A stretch of 64,000 bases of DNA from Candidatus Cloacimonadales bacterium (GTDB lineage Bacteria; Cloacimonadota; Cloacimonadia; Cloacimonadales; JAIOQZ01): contig OY771587.1 of the NCBI GenBank assembly GCA_963674825.1, positions 352,001 through 416,000 on the forward strand. The letters run 5' to 3'. Below are positions 1-9,936 of this stretch, piece by piece; the stretch's first letter is position 1, and every line of letters starts with the position of its first letter. The translations under genes and the position numbers were made by a program. Below the pieces are notes generated by a model. That model saw only the letters and a list, made by a program, of their open reading frames with translations. It was not told where the DNA came from and ran no database searches.

Positions 1-2
1 TC

Positions 3-296
3 CAGATGGACGCGAAGCTTGTCCTCACCGATAGCGGCGGCGTACAGGAAGAGACCACCTTCTTCGGTGTTCCCTGCCTGACACTCCGCCCCAACACCGA
101 GCGCCCCATAACTATCACCCAAGGCACCAACCAGCTTGTGGAACTCAGGACAGACGCGATCGTCAACGCCGCCAGAGAAGCGCTTCACGGCGAACAGGGC
201 ATCAGAAATGTCCCGGAACTCTGGGATGGCCACACCGCAGAACGAATCGTGGCCTTATGGCGCGCGCAAGGCGATAATCTGGGCAAATTTGAGTAG
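3..296 (+). CDS. wecB: UDP-N-acetylglucosamine 2-epimerase (non-hydrolysing), C-terminal part; truncated by window start
   Basis: LVLTDSGGVQEE, LRPNTERP and WDGHTAERI motifs of the epimerase family. Confidence 0.9.
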   Translation, partial: QMDAKLVLTDSGGVQEETTFFGVPCLTLRPNTERPITITQGTNQLVELRTDAIVNAAREALHGEQGIRNVPELWDGHTAERIVALWRAQGDNLGKFE

Positions 297-465
297 AATA
301 CAGCATGCAGCCCTTACAGCCTGAATTTATTGACAGTTTTCTATACGAAACAAATGTGACAATATGGTATAGGTATGCCTCTGCGATGGATCTAGATGGT
401 GTACGTATGCTCGCATGTGCTATTAATGATAATAAATACAAGATGATATATCGGAGGAAGAAACT

Positions 466-1491
466 ATGAGTAACCAACTCAATGGGTCCAGAGTCATGAT
501 CACCGGCGGCACAGGTTCGTTCGGAAACCACGTTCTGGATAAACTGCTTAACGAGTACAATGTTGAAGAGATCGTGATCTACAGTCGCGATGAAAAGAAA
601 CAGCACGATATGCGCATCAAATACCACAATCCCAAGCTGACCTTCAAGATCGGCGATGTCCGTGACCGCGATCGTGTCTATCAGGCCATGAAGGGTGTGG
701 ATTATGTCTTTCACGCAGCCGCGCTCAAGCAGGTTCCCTCATGCGAGTTCTTCCCGATCGAAGCGGTGAAAACAAACATCCTTGGCTCGAACAACGTCCT
801 GGACGCCGCCGAAGACCACAATGTCAAGAAGGTCGTGATCCTCTCGACCGACAAAGCCGTTTACCCGATCAACGCCATGGGTATCAGTAAAGCGATGATG
901 GAGAAGCTGATGCTGGCGAAAGCCCGTGTCACCAAGTCCGACACCGTTTTCTGCGGTGTTCGCTATGGTAACGTGATGTATTCCCGCGGTAGCGTATTGC
1001 CGCTCTTCGTGCAGCAAATGAAAGAAGGAAAACCGCTGACCGTTACGGAACCATCCATGACCCGTTATCTGCTTCCGCTTCCGGTTGCGATCGACCTGGT
1101 TCTCTTCGCGCTGGAAGAAGGCCAGAACGGCGATATCCACGTACGCAAATCTCCCGCCGCAACCGTAGAAGACACCGCGAAAGCACTCGCCGAGATCTTC
1201 GACTACAACCCCGAGATCAACATCATCGGAATCCGGGAAGGCGAGAAGATGCACGAAACGCTTGTAACCAAAGAAGAGCTCCTCAAAGCCGACGAATACG
1301 AGAAGTACTACCGCATTCAGACGCTCAAGAAACTCGACTACGATAAGTATTTCTCTGAAGGCAAGCACGTCGAGCTGGCCGAAGAAGGCTACACATCGGC
1401 AAACACCTACCGCCTCAGCGTGGAGGAGACCAAGGAACTGCTGCTCTCCCTCACTGAAATCCAGCAGGAGCTCGCCGCATGGAAAAAGTGA
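466..1491 (+). CDS. fnlA: UDP-GlcNAc 4,6-dehydratase/5-epimerase (FnlA/WbjB/CapE)
   Basis: ITGGTGSFG, SRDEKKQ, HAAALKQVPSCEFFP, STDKAVYPINAMG and RYGNVMYSRGSV motifs; SD GGAGG upstream. Confidence 0.92.
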   Translation: MSNQLNGSRVMITGGTGSFGNHVLDKLLNEYNVEEIVIYSRDEKKQHDMRIKYHNPKLTFKIGDVRDRDRVYQAMKGVDYVFHAAALKQVPSCEFFPIEAVKTNILGSNNVLDAAEDHNVKKVVILSTDKAVYPINAMGISKAMMEKLMLAKARVTKSDTVFCGVRYGNVMYSRGSVLPLFVQQMKEGKPLTVTEPSMTRYLLPLPVAIDLVLFALEEGQNGDIHVRKSPAATVEDTAKALAEIFDYNPEINIIGIREGEKMHETLVTKEELLKADEYEKYYRIQTLKKLDYDKYFSEGKHVELAEEGYTSANTYRLSVEETKELLLSLTEIQQELAAWKK

Positions 1492-2594
1492 TCGGTATCA
1501 CCGGACAAGCAGGATTTGTCGGGTACCATCTGACCAGCTTTCTCGAGATCCAAGGCGGTTTCAAGGTCAAAGCCTTCAAGGACGAGTTCTTTGATGATGC
1601 GTGCATCATGCAGGACTACGTCAGAGACTGCAATGCAATCATTCATCTGGCTGCTCTGAATCGTCACAACGATCCCGACGAGATTTATAACAAGAACCTC
1701 GAGCTGACCCGGAAGCTCATCGACGCGCTCGAAGCGACCGGCTCTAAAGCTCACGTGATGATCTCCTCTTCCACACAGGAAGAGCGGGATAACCCCTACG
1801 GGAAGTCCAAACGCGAAAGCCGTCTCATGCTGGAATCCTGGGCGAAAAAAGCCGGCGCGAAGTTCACCGGCCTGGTTATCCCCAACGTCTTCGGCCCATT
1901 CGGCAGACCGTTCTACAACTCCTTCATCTCGACATTCAGTCACCTGATTGCAACCGGTGGCGAGCCGACGGTAGAAGTGGACGCGGAAATCGCGCTCATC
2001 TACGTGATCGACCTCTGTCGCGAGATCCACAAGGTGATCGTGGAAGGCATCGAAGCATCTCCGTACCCGGTACCGCACAGCGCTATCGCGAAGGTTACCG
2101 AGGTTCTCGCCAAGCTGTTCGAATTCAAGAAATCATATATGGACAATAACGTGCTGCCCGAGCTCAAAAACATCTTCGAGGTGAACCTCTTCAACACCTT
2201 CCGCACCTACATCCCGGATGACTTCTATCCCGTGAAACTCACCCGGCACAGCGACAACCGCGGAACCTACGTCGAGACCATGCGCAGCCTGATCCAGGGC
2301 CAGAGTGCTTTCAGCACCACCAAGCCAGGAATCACGCGCGGAAACCACTTCCATCTGCGTAAGATCGAACGCTTCTGTGTCATCAAAGGCAAGGCGTCCA
2401 TCAAGCTCCGCAAACACGGAACCGACGACGTGATCGAATACATCATCGACGGCGAAGAACCGGCGATTGTCGATATGCCAATCTATTATACGCACAACCT
2501 CACCAATATCGGCGAAGATGAACTCCTCACCGTTTTCTGGATCAACGAATTCTACGATCCCAAAGATCCCGACACCTACTACGAAGAGGTATAA
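1479..2594 (+). CDS. fnlB: UDP-2-acetamido-2,6-dideoxy-hexulose reductase/epimerase (FnlB/WbjC/CapF), SDR plus C-terminal cupin
   Basis: ITGQAGFVG, NPYGKSK, PNVFG...RPFYNS and cupin GITRGNHFH motifs; overlaps the fnlA end. Confidence 0.88.
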   Translation: MEKVIGITGQAGFVGYHLTSFLEIQGGFKVKAFKDEFFDDACIMQDYVRDCNAIIHLAALNRHNDPDEIYNKNLELTRKLIDALEATGSKAHVMISSSTQEERDNPYGKSKRESRLMLESWAKKAGAKFTGLVIPNVFGPFGRPFYNSFISTFSHLIATGGEPTVEVDAEIALIYVIDLCREIHKVIVEGIEASPYPVPHSAIAKVTEVLAKLFEFKKSYMDNNVLPELKNIFEVNLFNTFRTYIPDDFYPVKLTRHSDNRGTYVETMRSLIQGQSAFSTTKPGITRGNHFHLRKIERFCVIKGKASIKLRKHGTDDVIEYIIDGEEPAIVDMPIYYTHNLTNIGEDELLTVFWINEFYDPKDPDTYYEEV

Positions 2595-2597
2595 ACC

Positions 2598-3743
2598 ATG
2601 AAGAAAAGCGCTCTGAAAGTGATGACCATCGTTGGAACACGCCCTGAAATCATCCGCCTCGCTCGCGTTATGGCCCTGCTGGACGAAACGGTCGATCACA
2701 CGATCGTGCATACGGGACAGAACTGGGACTACGAGCTCAACGAGATTTTCTTCAAGGAACTCGGCGTCCGCAAACCCGATTATTACCTCGGCGTCGATGT
2801 ATCCTCACTCGGCAAGGTGCTTGGTGAGACCATCAGCAAATCTGAAGAGGTGATGCGTGAAGTCCAGCCGGACGCAGTTGTCATCCTCGGCGATACGAAT
2901 TCATCCATTGCGGGTATCATGGCCAAACGGCTGCGGATCCCCATCTACCATATGGAAGCCGGTAACCGCTGCTTCGACCTCAACGTACCGGAAGAAATCA
3001 ACCGCCGCCTGATCGACCACATCGCCGATTTCAACCTGGTTTATACCGAACACGCACGGCGACACCTCATCAGCGAAGGGTTACCCCATCGTCGCATTTA
3101 TCTCACCGGTTCCCCCATGTACGAGGTTCTGCACCATTATATGGATCAGATCGACCAGTCTAACGTATTGGAGCAGTTGAATCTGGAAGAGAATAAGTAC
3201 TTCATCGTCTCGGTCCATCGCGAGGAGAACGTCGATAATCCCGAGAACCTCAAGAAGATCATCAACGTGCTCAACGGCCTTGCCAGCGAGTACGATTGTC
3301 CCGTGATCGTTTCCACACACCCTCGTACACGTAAGCGTCTTGAGATGCTCGAGCAAACCGACCTTGATAACCGGATTCAGTTCCTGAAACCATTCGGCTT
3401 TTTCGACTATGTACGACTGCAAAAGTCGGCCCTCTGCGCCATCAGCGATAGCGGTACGATCAGCGAAGAATCTTCCATCCTCAACTTCCCCGCCGTTACG
3501 GTGCGGCAGGCTATCGAGCGCCCGGAAGCACTCGACGCAGGCACAATCGTGCTCACAGGCTTCGATACCGACACGGTTTTGGACAGCGTTCGCCTTGTGA
3601 TCGAGGAACACCGAATAAAGCCCTACGACAGCATCCCGAACGAGTATCAGGTCTCGAATACCAGTTGGCGCGTGGTCAAGCTGATCCTCGGAACGACCAA
3701 GCTGAGCAACCACTGGGACGGCATTATCAAGCTTAACCGCTAA
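2598..3743 (+). CDS. fnlC: UDP-2-acetamido-2,6-dideoxy-L-talose 2-epimerase (FnlC/WbjD/CapG)
   Basis: VGTRPEIIRL, HTGQNWDYEL, HMEAGNRCFD and SDSGTISEES motifs; third gene of the fnlABC (UDP-L-FucNAc) order. Confidence 0.88.
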   Translation: MKKSALKVMTIVGTRPEIIRLARVMALLDETVDHTIVHTGQNWDYELNEIFFKELGVRKPDYYLGVDVSSLGKVLGETISKSEEVMREVQPDAVVILGDTNSSIAGIMAKRLRIPIYHMEAGNRCFDLNVPEEINRRLIDHIADFNLVYTEHARRHLISEGLPHRRIYLTGSPMYEVLHHYMDQIDQSNVLEQLNLEENKYFIVSVHREENVDNPENLKKIINVLNGLASEYDCPVIVSTHPRTRKRLEMLEQTDLDNRIQFLKPFGFFDYVRLQKSALCAISDSGTISEESSILNFPAVTVRQAIERPEALDAGTIVLTGFDTDTVLDSVRLVIEEHRIKPYDSIPNEYQVSNTSWRVVKLILGTTKLSNHWDGIIKLNR

Positions 3744-3777
3744 AATACTGCGAAAAAGCATCTTACATGGATATTAA

Positions 3778-3805
3778 TCCCCGTTCCTACACGGGGAATT
3801 TTTTT
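3778..3805 (+). terminator. Rho-independent terminator after fnlC
   Basis: TCCCCGT-TCCTAC-ACGGGGA followed by ATTTTTTT. Confidence 0.75.
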
Positions 3806-3940
3806 AATCCCTTACGCGAGCATACAATTCACTAATAGACCTTTTCAACACCCTAACAAAAACTTCTTTTCAGGTACCATAATCACTGAATTTCATTTAT
3901 TTCATACCCATTTCTCTTTATATATCAAGGGGTTAACATC

Positions 3941-3960
3941 TGAATGAAATGGTTCATTCA
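3941..3960. promoter_or_regulatory. Palindromic operator candidate upstream of the TonB receptor promoter
   Basis: Perfect TGAATGAA-ATGG-TTCATTCA inverted repeat, 40 bp upstream of a TTGACA at 4001-4006. Confidence 0.45.
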
Positions 3961-4067
3961 TTCACTAATGAATCATTCGTTCGCTTTTTACGTTTTTTTA
4001 TTGACAGCCTCACCCGCCTCCTGATATATGAGCCCTAAATGATTCAATAAACAGAAAAAGGGGAATA

Positions 4068-6440
4068 ATGATGCGTACATTCATTATAAGTTTGATCGTA
4101 ATGATGACATTCATCACCGGGCTGAACGCTGCGACCATCAGCGGATATGTTTTGGAAAAGGATAGCGGTGAACCGATCATCTATGCTGCGGTAAGCATCC
4201 GTGGCACAAACCTTGGACAATATACAAATAAAAAGGGATACTTCATTATCAATTCCATCCCCACCGGAAACATCGAAGTGGTGGCTACTCATATCGGGTT
4301 CCAATACGCTTCGGAGATGGTGCTGGTAAAGAATCCGAGTGAAGATCACTTCGTGAAGATCGAGATGGATAAAGCAGCAGTACAAATTCAGGGTATCAAA
4401 GTTGTAGAAAAGGAAATCGAAGACGAGATCAACACACGTGATATCCGCATCGCGAACGTTGTTCAGACTACCAAAGAGATCAAGGAAGTGGTTTCGGTAG
4501 CGGAAGCGGACGTCTTTCGCTCGGTACTGGCGCTGCCTGGCGTAACGCCGATCTCCGACTACTCGAACGGCCTGTATGTGCGTGGCGGAAGCGCGGATCA
4601 GAACCTGATCCTGCTTGATGGTATCGACGTTTACAACCCATCTCACTTCGGCGGAATCTTCAGCACATTCAATACGGACGCGGTGAAGAACGTCCAGCTT
4701 CTCAAGGGCGGATTTCCCGCGAAATACGGTGGACGCCTCTCCTCGGTTCTGGATGTTACGAACAAAGATGGTAACCGTAAGGAAGTGGAAGGTGTCGCAC
4801 GCGTCAGCCTCATCAGCGCCAGCGCGACAGTCGAAGGCCCGTGGAGCTTATACGACGAAAAGGGCTCTTACATGCTGTCGTTCCGCAGAACCTATCTCGA
4901 ACTGGTTGAAGAGCTGATGGATCTCGGGATTCCAGATTACTATTTCTACGACGGACACGCCAAGATCAATTGGGATCACTCCGACCGTGACAAGTTCAGC
5001 TCGAGCTTCTACTTCGGAAAAGATAAACTCGATTTCGACTTCACCTTCGACATGCGTATCGAATGGGGTAACGAGACCTTCAGTAACCAGTGGACACATA
5101 TCTTCAGTCCGCAGTGGTTTTCACACCTGATCGTCGCCGGTAGCCACTTCTATTCGAAAATGAACTTCGAAGTGGAAGCCGGTGAAAACTCCCAGAGCTT
5201 CGACCGCCTTGACGACGTGTACGACTTCTCGGTCAAGGAAGGACTCACCTGGAAACCGAATGAAGAACATCTTGTCGATATGGGATTGGACTACAAGTAC
5301 CTCTATACCCTGTTCGACACCGACACCAATTACAACATCGATGAAAACACCATGCCGCACGTGGACGTGTCCTCATCGATCACATCGCTCTATATTCAGG
5401 ATTCCTGGAAGCTTGGAGCGCTCTGGACCATCCAACCCGGTCTGCGCGGAACATGGTGCCATAACCAGCGCGATTACGGAAACGATCCGGCATCGATCGA
5501 CTACTATCGCTGGTCGCCGCGTTTCTCTATCCGCTATCAGCTGGGTATGACCAGTAATGCCTACTTCTCCTACGGACGCTACCACCAGTTCTTGAACCTG
5601 GTTTCGACCGAAGAAGCATCACCGATGGACCTTTGGTTCCCGATCGACGACACAATCGAACCCGGGCAATCCGATCACTACATCGTAGGCTACAAGACAG
5701 AAATCAACGAACAGGTCGGTTTCGACGTAGAAGCCTATTACAAGGATTACAAGAACCTGGTCGCCTACCGCGCTGAAGTTGACTACGAATGGCAAAACGA
5801 TTCAGGCAAGCTCTCCGATGCGCTCAATAGCGGTGATGGCTTCTCTTATGGCCTCGATTTCATGATTCGCAACGACTGGTTGGGTATCTCCGGATTCATG
5901 GGCTACACACTCGGCTTCACCCGCAAGAGAGTTGATGACACAAACCTCGATCCCGATTCCGGTAAGCCGCAATACTACTATCCCAAATATGATAGAACGC
6001 ATCAGATCAACATCGTTGAGACTTTCAGTCTACTCAACGGTACCGGCCTGAGAGTCTGGGGTGCGGACATGCTCTTCGGAACCACCTACTCCTTCGGAAC
6101 CGGGCAGCCCACCTCCAAACCGGAGCATATCTATTACGAGCCGGATACGGGAACCTTCGCGTTCTTCTACGGCTACAAGGATAGCGATCGCCTTCCTGAT
6201 TATTCCCGCCTCGACCTCAGCCTCAAAATGCGCTGGGAGACTTCGAGCATGTCAATCGAGCCATATGTTCAGGTGATCAACGTGTTCAATCGCCAGAATG
6301 TCTATACTCGCGCCTATGTGCCGGAATTACCGAACATCGAAGAAGGCGAAGAGATAGAAACCTTTGAAGTTGGCTACACGACCGAGGACACCTATCAATT
6401 CCCACGTATTCCGTTCATCGGCATCAACGTGGAGTTTTAA
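4068..6440 (+). CDS. TonB-dependent receptor with N-terminal carboxypeptidase-regulatory-like domain
   Basis: Signal peptide; ISGYVLEKDSGEPI domain; plug motifs LPGV, VRGGSADQN and KGGFPAKYGGRLSSV; C-terminal INVEF (terminal Phe). Confidence 0.9.
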   Translation: MMRTFIISLIVMMTFITGLNAATISGYVLEKDSGEPIIYAAVSIRGTNLGQYTNKKGYFIINSIPTGNIEVVATHIGFQYASEMVLVKNPSEDHFVKIEMDKAAVQIQGIKVVEKEIEDEINTRDIRIANVVQTTKEIKEVVSVAEADVFRSVLALPGVTPISDYSNGLYVRGGSADQNLILLDGIDVYNPSHFGGIFSTFNTDAVKNVQLLKGGFPAKYGGRLSSVLDVTNKDGNRKEVEGVARVSLISASATVEGPWSLYDEKGSYMLSFRRTYLELVEELMDLGIPDYYFYDGHAKINWDHSDRDKFSSSFYFGKDKLDFDFTFDMRIEWGNETFSNQWTHIFSPQWFSHLIVAGSHFYSKMNFEVEAGENSQSFDRLDDVYDFSVKEGLTWKPNEEHLVDMGLDYKYLYTLFDTDTNYNIDENTMPHVDVSSSITSLYIQDSWKLGALWTIQPGLRGTWCHNQRDYGNDPASIDYYRWSPRFSIRYQLGMTSNAYFSYGRYHQFLNLVSTEEASPMDLWFPIDDTIEPGQSDHYIVGYKTEINEQVGFDVEAYYKDYKNLVAYRAEVDYEWQNDSGKLSDALNSGDGFSYGLDFMIRNDWLGISGFMGYTLGFTRKRVDDTNLDPDSGKPQYYYPKYDRTHQINIVETFSLLNGTGLRVWGADMLFGTTYSFGTGQPTSKPEHIYYEPDTGTFAFFYGYKDSDRLPDYSRLDLSLKMRWETSSMSIEPYVQVINVFNRQNVYTRAYVPELPNIEEGEEIETFEVGYTTEDTYQFPRIPFIGINVEF

Positions 6441-6449
6441 GGAGGAATC

Positions 6450-7412
6450 ATGAGAGACATCAACATCGCACGCGTTGGAATCGTCAGATACGTATACATT
6501 GTACTCATTGGAATGATCCTTTTCGGGCTCATCTCGTGTGAAGCGCCGACCAGCTCCGAACGCTATGATAAAGACTTCTATTATATCATTGCAGGATCGC
6601 TACAGGACAATCAGCCACTTACGCCGGAATACTCGATCTACGTCGGCAAGACCATCAAGCCTGGTCAGGACATCCTTGGTTCGTACATCGAAGATGCCGA
6701 AGTAGTTATAATCGACGATATGGGAAACACGTATCCGCTCGAGTTCGGTTTCGACATGGTGAACGAGAAGCTCGGTTACTACAATGAAAACCTGATTCCG
6801 CAATCACAGCACACCTATCGCATCGAGCTGCATTTGCCAAGCGAAGAGGATTCCGCGGTGATTGATACTGTCTGGGCCGAAACCATGATCCCGAAGTCTA
6901 TTTCAATCGACCTCTACGATCGCTTCACGACCGATCCGGATTCAGTGGACAGCTATCACCTCGAATGGGAAACCGCAGGTGAGGACTACCCGATGATCAT
7001 CCATACAGCAGACGAAGAACCGGTATATCTCTACTCCAAATATTACTGTCTGGAAGAATGGAACACCGTTCGCATGGTCAAACCGATCATGGGTTCGGAT
7101 ACTTTCGACGAAGAAGTGGATTACGACGATCCATCGAACCATTATCCACGGTTGCTTACAATCTTCGCGGAATACTTGCCGGAATCTGATGGCAATGGCG
7201 GTTATCAAGTCTTCAACGCTGCCTATCAGGGAACAATCGCGTTCTATGGTGGATATAAAATCACAATCAACAGCATTGATGAAAACTTCTATACGTACCT
7301 CTACAAGCCTGAGAGTAACTTCGAATACGGCGGTGTACACGGCGGATATGGATACTTCGGATCATGTAGCGGTACCGTATTTTACACCACAGTAGTAGAA
7401 AACATCGACTAA
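6450..7412 (+). CDS. Lipoprotein partner of the TonB receptor (DUF4249-like)
   Basis: Lipobox LISC; C-terminal SIDENFYTYL...GGYGYFGS motif; SD AGGAGG; directly follows the receptor. Confidence 0.65.
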   Translation: MRDINIARVGIVRYVYIVLIGMILFGLISCEAPTSSERYDKDFYYIIAGSLQDNQPLTPEYSIYVGKTIKPGQDILGSYIEDAEVVIIDDMGNTYPLEFGFDMVNEKLGYYNENLIPQSQHTYRIELHLPSEEDSAVIDTVWAETMIPKSISIDLYDRFTTDPDSVDSYHLEWETAGEDYPMIIHTADEEPVYLYSKYYCLEEWNTVRMVKPIMGSDTFDEEVDYDDPSNHYPRLLTIFAEYLPESDGNGGYQVFNAAYQGTIAFYGGYKITINSIDENFYTYLYKPESNFEYGGVHGGYGYFGSCSGTVFYTTVVENID

Positions 7413-7432
7413 TACCAGTAGTCTAAACCCTC

Positions 7433-7467
7433 AAACGCCTTGCTCGATACCGGGCGAGGCGTTTTTT
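7433..7467 (+). terminator. Rho-independent terminator
   Basis: AAACGCCTTGCTCG-ATAC-CGGGCGAGGCGTTT hairpin with a T tract. Confidence 0.8.
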
Positions 7468-7480
7468 CCTGAGCTCTCAT

Positions 7481-7506
7481 GTACGGGCAGGTCCCTGTGA
7501 CTGCCC
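7481..7506 (+). repeat. REP-like GTAG-type palindrome (variant copy)
   Basis: GTACGGGCAGGTCCCTGTGACTGCCC is 21/26 identical to the copies at 15006 and 15218 and keeps the GGGCAG/CTGCCC stem. Confidence 0.65.
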
Positions 7507-7537
7507 ATTTCTATTGAACGCAGGTACTCTCGTCCAC

Positions 7538-8404
7538 CTATCGTGGATACATCTTACCGTAAATATTACGCATGGTATCGGTAAGCCCACCAGTGTACAA
7601 CACTTGATTGTTCAGCATGACTTCGATAGTGGAGTCGTCAAATTGCTTGAACTTCAGGATATCATTGGTCTGTTCGATCCTGAATAGATGTTCATCAGCG
7701 CTAGTATCCAGGTGTCTGATATGGATCAATCTATCTGGATTAACCTCAGAACCTGTTGCTTCGTTGAAAAAATATGCCAACAGCGTCTCGATTGAGCATT
7801 CCCAGTGATGGCAGGAAATCTTTTTAGAGGTAAATATATTGTCTTTGTCCATAGCCTCTTTCATACCATACGGGAAGCGATCCATAGGATCAGTCAATTC
7901 GTAAATCACACATTCTTGTTCACTGAGCCAGAAGACGTCAAATGGCTGACCAATATTCAAGCTTGCATGTTCGCATAGGTAGTTATGATGATACAAGCCA
8001 ACCTGATAGCTTTCCCACCAAAGCCCACTCGGACAGCTAACAAACGCTATCACCACATGATTCTCGCCATGCGGTGAATCGTACGTTCTTTTATCTGTCA
8101 CATGATCCGTGAAACCAAGGCGTGTGTATGGCTTTCCCAGTAGCAAGGGAAAATTGGGTGCGGTTATTTCCAGATATGATATCGCAATGGTAATGATGCA
8201 TGCAGCAACAAACCAACTCAATGGTACGCGAAACCGGTACAGCAAGGACGGATGTTTTGGCTTGACTGCACGGTATCTCATCAGATTTCGGGTATAGAGC
8301 CACGCAATGATCCTGAACAAACCATAGCCGATCAAACTCAACACAAAAAGAATCAGCAAGAGCCATGCAATCAGGAAGCCAAATATAAGTATGTTGAAAA
8401 TCAT
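7538..8404 (-). CDS. Hypothetical membrane protein
   Basis: 288-aa ORF with two N-terminal hydrophobic segments; visibly more AT-rich than neighbours. Confidence 0.65.
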   Translation of the reverse strand: MIFNILIFGFLIAWLLLILFVLSLIGYGLFRIIAWLYTRNLMRYRAVKPKHPSLLYRFRVPLSWFVAACIITIAISYLEITAPNFPLLLGKPYTRLGFTDHVTDKRTYDSPHGENHVVIAFVSCPSGLWWESYQVGLYHHNYLCEHASLNIGQPFDVFWLSEQECVIYELTDPMDRFPYGMKEAMDKDNIFTSKKISCHHWECSIETLLAYFFNEATGSEVNPDRLIHIRHLDTSADEHLFRIEQTNDILKFKQFDDSTIEVMLNNQVLYTGGLTDTMRNIYGKMYPR

Positions 8405-8539
8405 CTAGCCCACCATTATCGTTTATTATTAAAACACATTATCCCGTACTTTGTTACCCAGGCCAGTGAACCACAATACTTGACGGAAAAATCACCCTGT
8501 GGAGGATTGCACAAAATAAAAAAATGATGAAAAGAATCT

Positions 8540-8938
8540 ATGAAGAAAGCGAAAGTACCGCAAGACAAGACTTCGCTGGAGTATATCCGCGAGCTCTGTT
8601 ACGCTATTGATGAGAACGGCAAATACATAAAGGTGCAGAGTTCCGGCTGGGAAGCGAAGGACACCGCACTCAACCTCGCTTGGGAAGCCCTTAATGATGA
8701 GCTCAAGACGATAATCGAACAGGTACGCGCGGGAACGCTCAGTCCTCTTGCCTTCTATCTGGCAAAGAACCAGATGGATCACGCCATGCTGGCAGGCTAC
8801 ATCGGTATCCCGGCGCGGAAAATCAAGAAACACACCCATCCCAAACACTTTGCCAAGCTCGACGAACCCACTTTGCAAGCCTACGCCGACTTTTTCCGCG
8901 TGACGATACAGCAACTGCAACACCCGGAGATGCCATGA
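8540..8938 (+). CDS. Conserved hypothetical protein of the type found next to BtrH-like genes in flexirubin/aryl-polyene clusters
   Basis: VPQD...ELCYAIDENG...SSGWEAK motif; possible C-terminal HTH; overlaps the next gene (ATGA). Confidence 0.7.
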   Translation: MKKAKVPQDKTSLEYIRELCYAIDENGKYIKVQSSGWEAKDTALNLAWEALNDELKTIIEQVRAGTLSPLAFYLAKNQMDHAMLAGYIGIPARKIKKHTHPKHFAKLDEPTLQAYADFFRVTIQQLQHPEMP

Positions 8939-9936
8939 GAACCGACTTCCAACATTACCAGGCCGCGCATTGCGAAAGCGGCGTAACCACCGCGCTCCTG
9001 CGCCATCAGGGCTTGCAGATCGAAGAGCCGCAGGTGTTCGGTATCGGAAGTGGCCTTTTCTTCTGTCACCTGCCGTTCGTGAAGGTCTACGGCATCCCCA
9101 TGACCACGTTCCGGTATCTACCGTCAGCCATCTTCAAGTCATGCTGCAAGCGGCTTGGCGTGAAGTTTGTCGTGCATACATACAAGAATCCGCAAGAAGG
9201 CATGGCTGACCTCGACCGGCACCTGGCGAAAGGACACCCGGTAGCGGTGCAGACCAGCGTTTACTGGCTCTCCTACCTGCCCGAAAAGCTGCGTTTCCAC
9301 TTCAACGCACACAACATTATCGTAATCGGTAAAGAAGACAGTCAATACATCATCAGCGATCCCATCCTGCAAGAACCGGTTCAATGCAGCGCGGACGACC
9401 TGCAACGGGCACGGTTTGCACAGGGTGTCATGGCCCCGAAAGGAAGGCTCTACTACCCGCTTGAAGTGCCGCAAAACATCGACTTCTCCATCCCCATGAA
9501 ACAGGGCCTCAAGAAGACCTGCAAACGGATGCTCGAAAACCCCATGCCGTTCTTCGGCGTGAGAGGAATCCGCTTTTTAGGAAAGAAGATCGCCACCTGG
9601 CAGGACAAGCTTGGTCAGCGCAAGGCAGCGCTCTACCTGGCGCAGCTTATCCGCATGCAGGAGGAGATCGGCACCGGAGGAGCAGGCTTCCGCTTCATGT
9701 TCGCATCCTTCCTGCAAGACGCAGCCACCAGACTTAATATCCCCGCGCTCAATGAATGCTCCGCACGAATGACCGAAGCAGGCGACCTATGGCGTGAATT
9801 CGCACTCCTGGCGGCTCGCAACTGCAAAGGCCGCGCGAAACCGGAAGAATCGTACCAGAAACTATCGCAGATCGTGCTCGAATGCGCGGAACGCGAAGAA
9901 CGGATTTACCGTGATATCCTGAAGGCGCTTAAGTGA
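8935..9936 (+). CDS. BtrH N-terminal / DUF4872 protein (C39-like papain fold)
   Basis: AAHCESG (Cys), FHFNAHNI (His), IISDP (Asp) and QEEIGTGGAGFR motifs. Confidence 0.82.
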   Translation: MRTDFQHYQAAHCESGVTTALLRHQGLQIEEPQVFGIGSGLFFCHLPFVKVYGIPMTTFRYLPSAIFKSCCKRLGVKFVVHTYKNPQEGMADLDRHLAKGHPVAVQTSVYWLSYLPEKLRFHFNAHNIIVIGKEDSQYIISDPILQEPVQCSADDLQRARFAQGVMAPKGRLYYPLEVPQNIDFSIPMKQGLKKTCKRMLENPMPFFGVRGIRFLGKKIATWQDKLGQRKAALYLAQLIRMQEEIGTGGAGFRFMFASFLQDAATRLNIPALNECSARMTEAGDLWREFALLAARNCKGRAKPEESYQKLSQIVLECAEREERIYRDILKALK

